A stretch of 64,000 nt of DNA, taken from contig CAMYNM010000003.1 of the NCBI GenBank assembly GCA_947259725.1, positions 171,968-235,967 on the forward strand, in the 5' to 3' direction. Position numbers and translations under genes: made by a program. Below are positions 59,792 through 64,000 of the stretch, piece by piece; positions within the stretch are counted from its first letter, which is position 1; each line of letters starts with the position of its first letter. The notes beneath the pieces were generated by a model. It did not search any database. It was not told where the DNA came from and saw only the letters and a list, made by a program, of their open reading frames with translations. This stretch comes from Thermoanaerobaculia bacterium (lineage in GTDB: Bacteria > Acidobacteriota > Thermoanaerobaculia > Multivoradales > JAHEKO01).

Positions 59792-60968
59792 TCGAGCCCC
59801 AAGATCGGCCCCGGGCATCACGTTCGTGGTCACCGATTCGTTGACGGCTCGCTACCTGCTCCGTGGCCAACTCGCGTTCCTTGCACGAAGCGGATTCAAG
59901 ATCGACCTGGTCTGCTCGCCGGGCCGATGGGTCGAGGAAATCCGGGCGCACGAGGGGGTCCGCTGCCACGAGCTTGCCATGGAACGTGAGATCCGTCCGC
60001 TGCGCGATCTTCGGAGCCTGTTCGGTCTGGTTCGCTTGCTGCGCCGTCTTCGCCCGGACATCGTCTGCGCCAGCACTCCCAAGGCCGGCGTCCTCGGGAT
60101 GCTGGCGAGCGCGATCAGCCGTGTCCCGATGAGGATACGGGTCGTCCGGGGGCTTCGGCTCGAGACGACTCGGGGCTGGAAGCGATGGGTGCTTTCGGCG
60201 GCCGAGAGCGCCGCGGCGGGCTGCGCTCATCGGGTCATCTGCGTCAGCGACAGCTTGCGTGCCGAGCTTCTGAGACAAGGCCTGGCGTCCGCCGGCAAGA
60301 CCCAGGTGCTGGGAGCGGGCTCTTCGAACGGCGTCGACGCCAGCCGGTTCCGGCCGGCCCGCGATGCCGCGGAGTCCGCGCCGCTTCGGCAAACCTTGGG
60401 CCTGGGAACCGACACGCCGGTAATCGGCTTCGTAGGCCGCTTGACGCGCGACAAGGGCATCCAGGACCTCATCCACGCTTTCACCGAAGTCGTCCAAGAG
60501 AAACTTCCGAGCTCCCGTCTGCTGGTTCTGGGAGCTCCCGACGCCGGTGATTCCGTCACCTCGTCAACCGAGATGTTCCTGCGAGACGACGACTCGGTGA
60601 TCTTTCCCGGTTTCGTTACCGACACCGCGCCCTACTATCGGCTGATGCAGGTACTGGCCTTTCCCTCCTACCGGGAGGGCTTTCCGAACGCGCCTCTAGA
60701 AGCGGCGGCCTCGGCGGTGCCGACGGTCGGCTACGCCGCCACCGGCACCCGAGACGCGGTCGTCGACGGCCTTACGGGCTCCCTCGTGCCGGTCGGAGAC
60801 TGGCGAGCTCTCGGAGACCTTCTATGTGACTATCTCCTCGATCCGGAGCGGTGCCGTTCTCGAGGCGAAGCCGGCCGGCAACGTGCGCGGGCGGCCTTTT
60901 CGAACCAGGTAGTCTGGACGCGTTGGAAAAACCTCTACGCTGAGCTGAGCGACCGCCCAACACAGTAA
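59778..60968 (+). CDS. GT4 family glycosyltransferase
   Basis: EGFPNAPLEAAASAVPTV EX7E motif and the N-terminal GT-B domain. Confidence 0.85.
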   Translation: MTAPDRAPRSAPGITFVVTDSLTARYLLRGQLAFLARSGFKIDLVCSPGRWVEEIRAHEGVRCHELAMEREIRPLRDLRSLFGLVRLLRRLRPDIVCASTPKAGVLGMLASAISRVPMRIRVVRGLRLETTRGWKRWVLSAAESAAAGCAHRVICVSDSLRAELLRQGLASAGKTQVLGAGSSNGVDASRFRPARDAAESAPLRQTLGLGTDTPVIGFVGRLTRDKGIQDLIHAFTEVVQEKLPSSRLLVLGAPDAGDSVTSSTEMFLRDDDSVIFPGFVTDTAPYYRLMQVLAFPSYREGFPNAPLEAAASAVPTVGYAATGTRDAVVDGLTGSLVPVGDWRALGDLLCDYLLDPERCRSRGEAGRQRARAAFSNQVVWTRWKNLYAELSDRPTQ

Positions 60969-60983
60969 GCTCGGAAGGGCCGC

Positions 60984-61616
60984 ATGAACTTCTTCTATAG
61001 GCGATACGGCAAACGCGTGCTGGATCTCGGCATCACCATCCTGCTATCGCCCATCGCGCTTCCGCTCTCCCTTCTGACGGCTTTGGTCGTCCGGCTCGCT
61101 CTCGGCTCACCGATTCTTTTCACTCAGCAGCGCATCGGCCTCGACTCCCGACCCTTTCTCATGCGCAAGTTCCGGACAATGCGAAACGCAGCCGCTGAAA
61201 GCGCCGCCGAAGCCCCGGACGCGGATCGCCTCTCGAAGACAGGGACCCTGCTTCGCCGGCTGAGCCTCGACGAGCTTCCGGAGCTGGTCCATGTGGTCAA
61301 GGGCGAGATGAGCCTCGTCGGGCCGCGGCCGCTCTTGCCTCGCTATCTCCCGCTCTATTCGGCCGAACAGGCTCGCAGACACGAGGTTCGGCCCGGGCTT
61401 ACCGGACTGGCGCAAGTTCGGGGGCGCAACGCGCTGAGCTGGGACGACAAACTCGCCTACGACGTCCGGTACGTAGATACGCTGAGCCTGCGAAATGACC
61501 TGACCATCCTGGCGATGACCTGCTGGACACTTCTGCGTGGCCAAGGCGTTTCCGCGCCAGGCCACACCACCATGCCTGAGTTCCGTGGCAGATCCGATCC
61601 GGGGCAGGAAACGTGA
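60984..61616 (+). CDS. Initiating polyprenyl-phosphate sugar-phosphotransferase (small PglC/WbaP-C-type bacterial sugar transferase)
   Basis: Single N-terminal TM segment plus conserved DELPQL-like (DELPELVHVVKGEMSLVGPRP) and PGLTG motifs. Confidence 0.9.
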   Translation: MNFFYRRYGKRVLDLGITILLSPIALPLSLLTALVVRLALGSPILFTQQRIGLDSRPFLMRKFRTMRNAAAESAAEAPDADRLSKTGTLLRRLSLDELPELVHVVKGEMSLVGPRPLLPRYLPLYSAEQARRHEVRPGLTGLAQVRGRNALSWDDKLAYDVRYVDTLSLRNDLTILAMTCWTLLRGQGVSAPGHTTMPEFRGRSDPGQET

Positions 61617-62271
61617 CCAGAAAACGACTGGCAATCGTCGGCGCCGGCGGCTTCGCTCGTGAGCTCCGCTGGCTGGTGTCCGAGATCAATTCGAGCGCAG
61701 AAAAGTTCGAGTTCTCCGGATTCGTGGTCAGCGATCTGGAGCGTCTCGGGAGCCGCGACAGCCAAGACAGCGTCCTCGGAGACTTCTCGGTCTTCAGCTC
61801 ATCGCGATTGACCTTCGACGCGATCGCGCTGGGCATCGGCTCTCCCAAGGTGCGGGTCGACATGGCGCGCGAGATCCGTCGGCTGAATCCCAATCTCGAA
61901 TGGCCCGCCTTGGTCCATCCTTCCGTCAAGTTCGACGCCGCAACCTGCGAGTTTCAGGAGGGAGCCGTAGTGTGCGCCGGCGTTATCGCCACGGTCCACG
62001 TCACGGTGGCGCCGCTGGCGCTCGTCAACCTTGCCTGCACCCTCGGGCACGAGACCGTTGTCGGCGCCGGGTCGGTCTTGAATCCCACCGTCAACGTCTC
62101 CGGCGGAGCCCGCATCGGAGAACGGGTTCTGGTCGGAACCGGCGCGCAGATCCTCCAGTACCTAGCGATAGGAGACGACGCCGTCGTCGGCGCCGGCGCA
62201 GTGGTGACGCGAGACGTCGCTTCGGGGCAGACGGTCGTCGGCGTTCCGGCGCGACCGAAAGGATCGGGGTG

Positions 62272-62272
<1 letters not shown>
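61613..62272 (+). CDS. Sugar N-acetyltransferase (PglD/NeuD/WbpD-like hexapeptide transferase)
   Basis: N-terminal Rossmann-like LAIVGAGGFARE and a C-terminal LbH domain. GTG start overlapping the upstream stop. Confidence 0.85.
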
Positions 62273-63411
<1,139 letters not shown>

Positions 63412-63416
63412 GCTCC

Positions 63417-64000
63417 TTGCTCGATCTACGAGAGCTCAAGCCTCCGGAGCCCGACGTCACACCCGAGCTCGTGTGGGTCTTGAGGGCCGCTTTCGCACTG
63501 GAGGCCCCCACGCCTCCAGCCAATCTCGACTCCGGGCTGGTGACGTCGCAAGCCCGGGACCTGGCCGTAACCGAGCGCATCGGAGCCCGTCACGACCTCG
63601 GGGAGCTCACCGCGGAACTTCATGGCCCATTTCAGGCATCCCGAGCACGCGCCGCCGCGATCGGGTTGCACTACGAGCGCCTCGCCCGCGAGGTCGCGGA
63701 GGTCGCCTCCGGCCTCGAAACGCCGGTCGTATTCCTGAAGGGCCTGGCGCTGGTGCTTGCGGGATGGAGCGATCCCGGGGCGCGCTCCTTCAGCGACCTC
63801 GACATACTCGTCCCCGAGGAGCGCGCCCACGACCTCTTCAACGCCCTGGTCGGACGGAAGTTCCGGCCCGCCAGGGCCGAACCCACCGAACAGCACCTAC
63901 CGGAGCTCGCGCCGCCCGGCGGCGGCTCGCTCGAGGTGCATTTCGCGCTTCGAGGCATCCAGGTCAACGGCCGATTCGCCGGATACGACGACCTCGCCGA
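63417..64000 (+). CDS. Nucleotidyltransferase-family protein (NTP_transf_5-like), 3' end outside the window
   Basis: I translated this frame by hand; it is not in the ORF track. It runs LDLRELKPPEP...GLALVLAGWSDPGARSFSDLDILVPEE..., open to the window end, with a TTG start at 63417. Confidence 0.5.
   Translation, partial: MLDLRELKPPEPDVTPELVWVLRAAFALEAPTPPANLDSGLVTSQARDLAVTERIGARHDLGELTAELHGPFQASRARAAAIGLHYERLAREVAEVASGLETPVVFLKGLALVLAGWSDPGARSFSDLDILVPEERAHDLFNALVGRKFRPARAEPTEQHLPELAPPGGGSLEVHFALRGIQVNGRFAGYDDLA

Noticed and set aside
63426-63896. 156-aa minus-strand ORF after the aminotransferase
   Set aside because: The + strand frame here gives a clean, motif-bearing nucleotidyltransferase-family protein open to the window end. 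The minus ORF is G/R-rich and shadow-like.

Overview
This is a high-GC (about 68%) bacterial chromosomal segment with dense coding on both strands; I found no rRNA, tRNA, CRISPR array, transposase or phage genes. The first ~35 kb is mostly housekeeping: mazG (5' partial), an envC-like/ctpA pair, a STAS/RsbW-like partner-switching pair followed by a CPBP intramembrane protease, gcdH, glpX, dcd, a DUF4388 protein, mpg, dacB, hflKC, a lipase-like alpha/beta hydrolase, a DinG/XPD-type Fe-S helicase with an N-terminal RecB/Cas4-like nuclease domain, a ferredoxin, a MauE-like/thioredoxin pair coupled to uvrA, PBP1A, an ABC-F ATPase, and metF/metH. The metF-metH spacer contains a candidate SAM-I riboswitch with an intrinsic terminator. 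From about 37.5 kb to the window end (>26 kb) there is a surface polysaccharide (EPS/O-antigen-like) locus: O-antigen ligase family protein, outer-membrane beta-barrel, Wza, Wzc BY-kinase, PHP-type Wzb phosphatase, nucleotide-sugar dehydrogenase, 2-hydroxyacid dehydrogenase, SDR epimerase, CMP-sugar cytidylyltransferase, HAD hydrolase, two SAM methyltransferases, Wzx flippase, a P-loop kinase-like protein, three GT4 glycosyltransferases (one disrupted by an 8-bp tandem duplication), a Wzy-like polymerase, a PglC-like initiating sugar transferase, a PglD-like acetyltransferase, a DegT aminotransferase and a nucleotidyltransferase-family protein (3' partial). The most unusual items are the riboswitch placed between metF and metH, the nuclease-helicase fusion, the frameshifted GT4, the CMP-sugar branch with no synthase gene, and several uncharacterised proteins inside the polysaccharide locus. 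All calls rest on reading the sequence and the supplied ORF translations; no database search was run.
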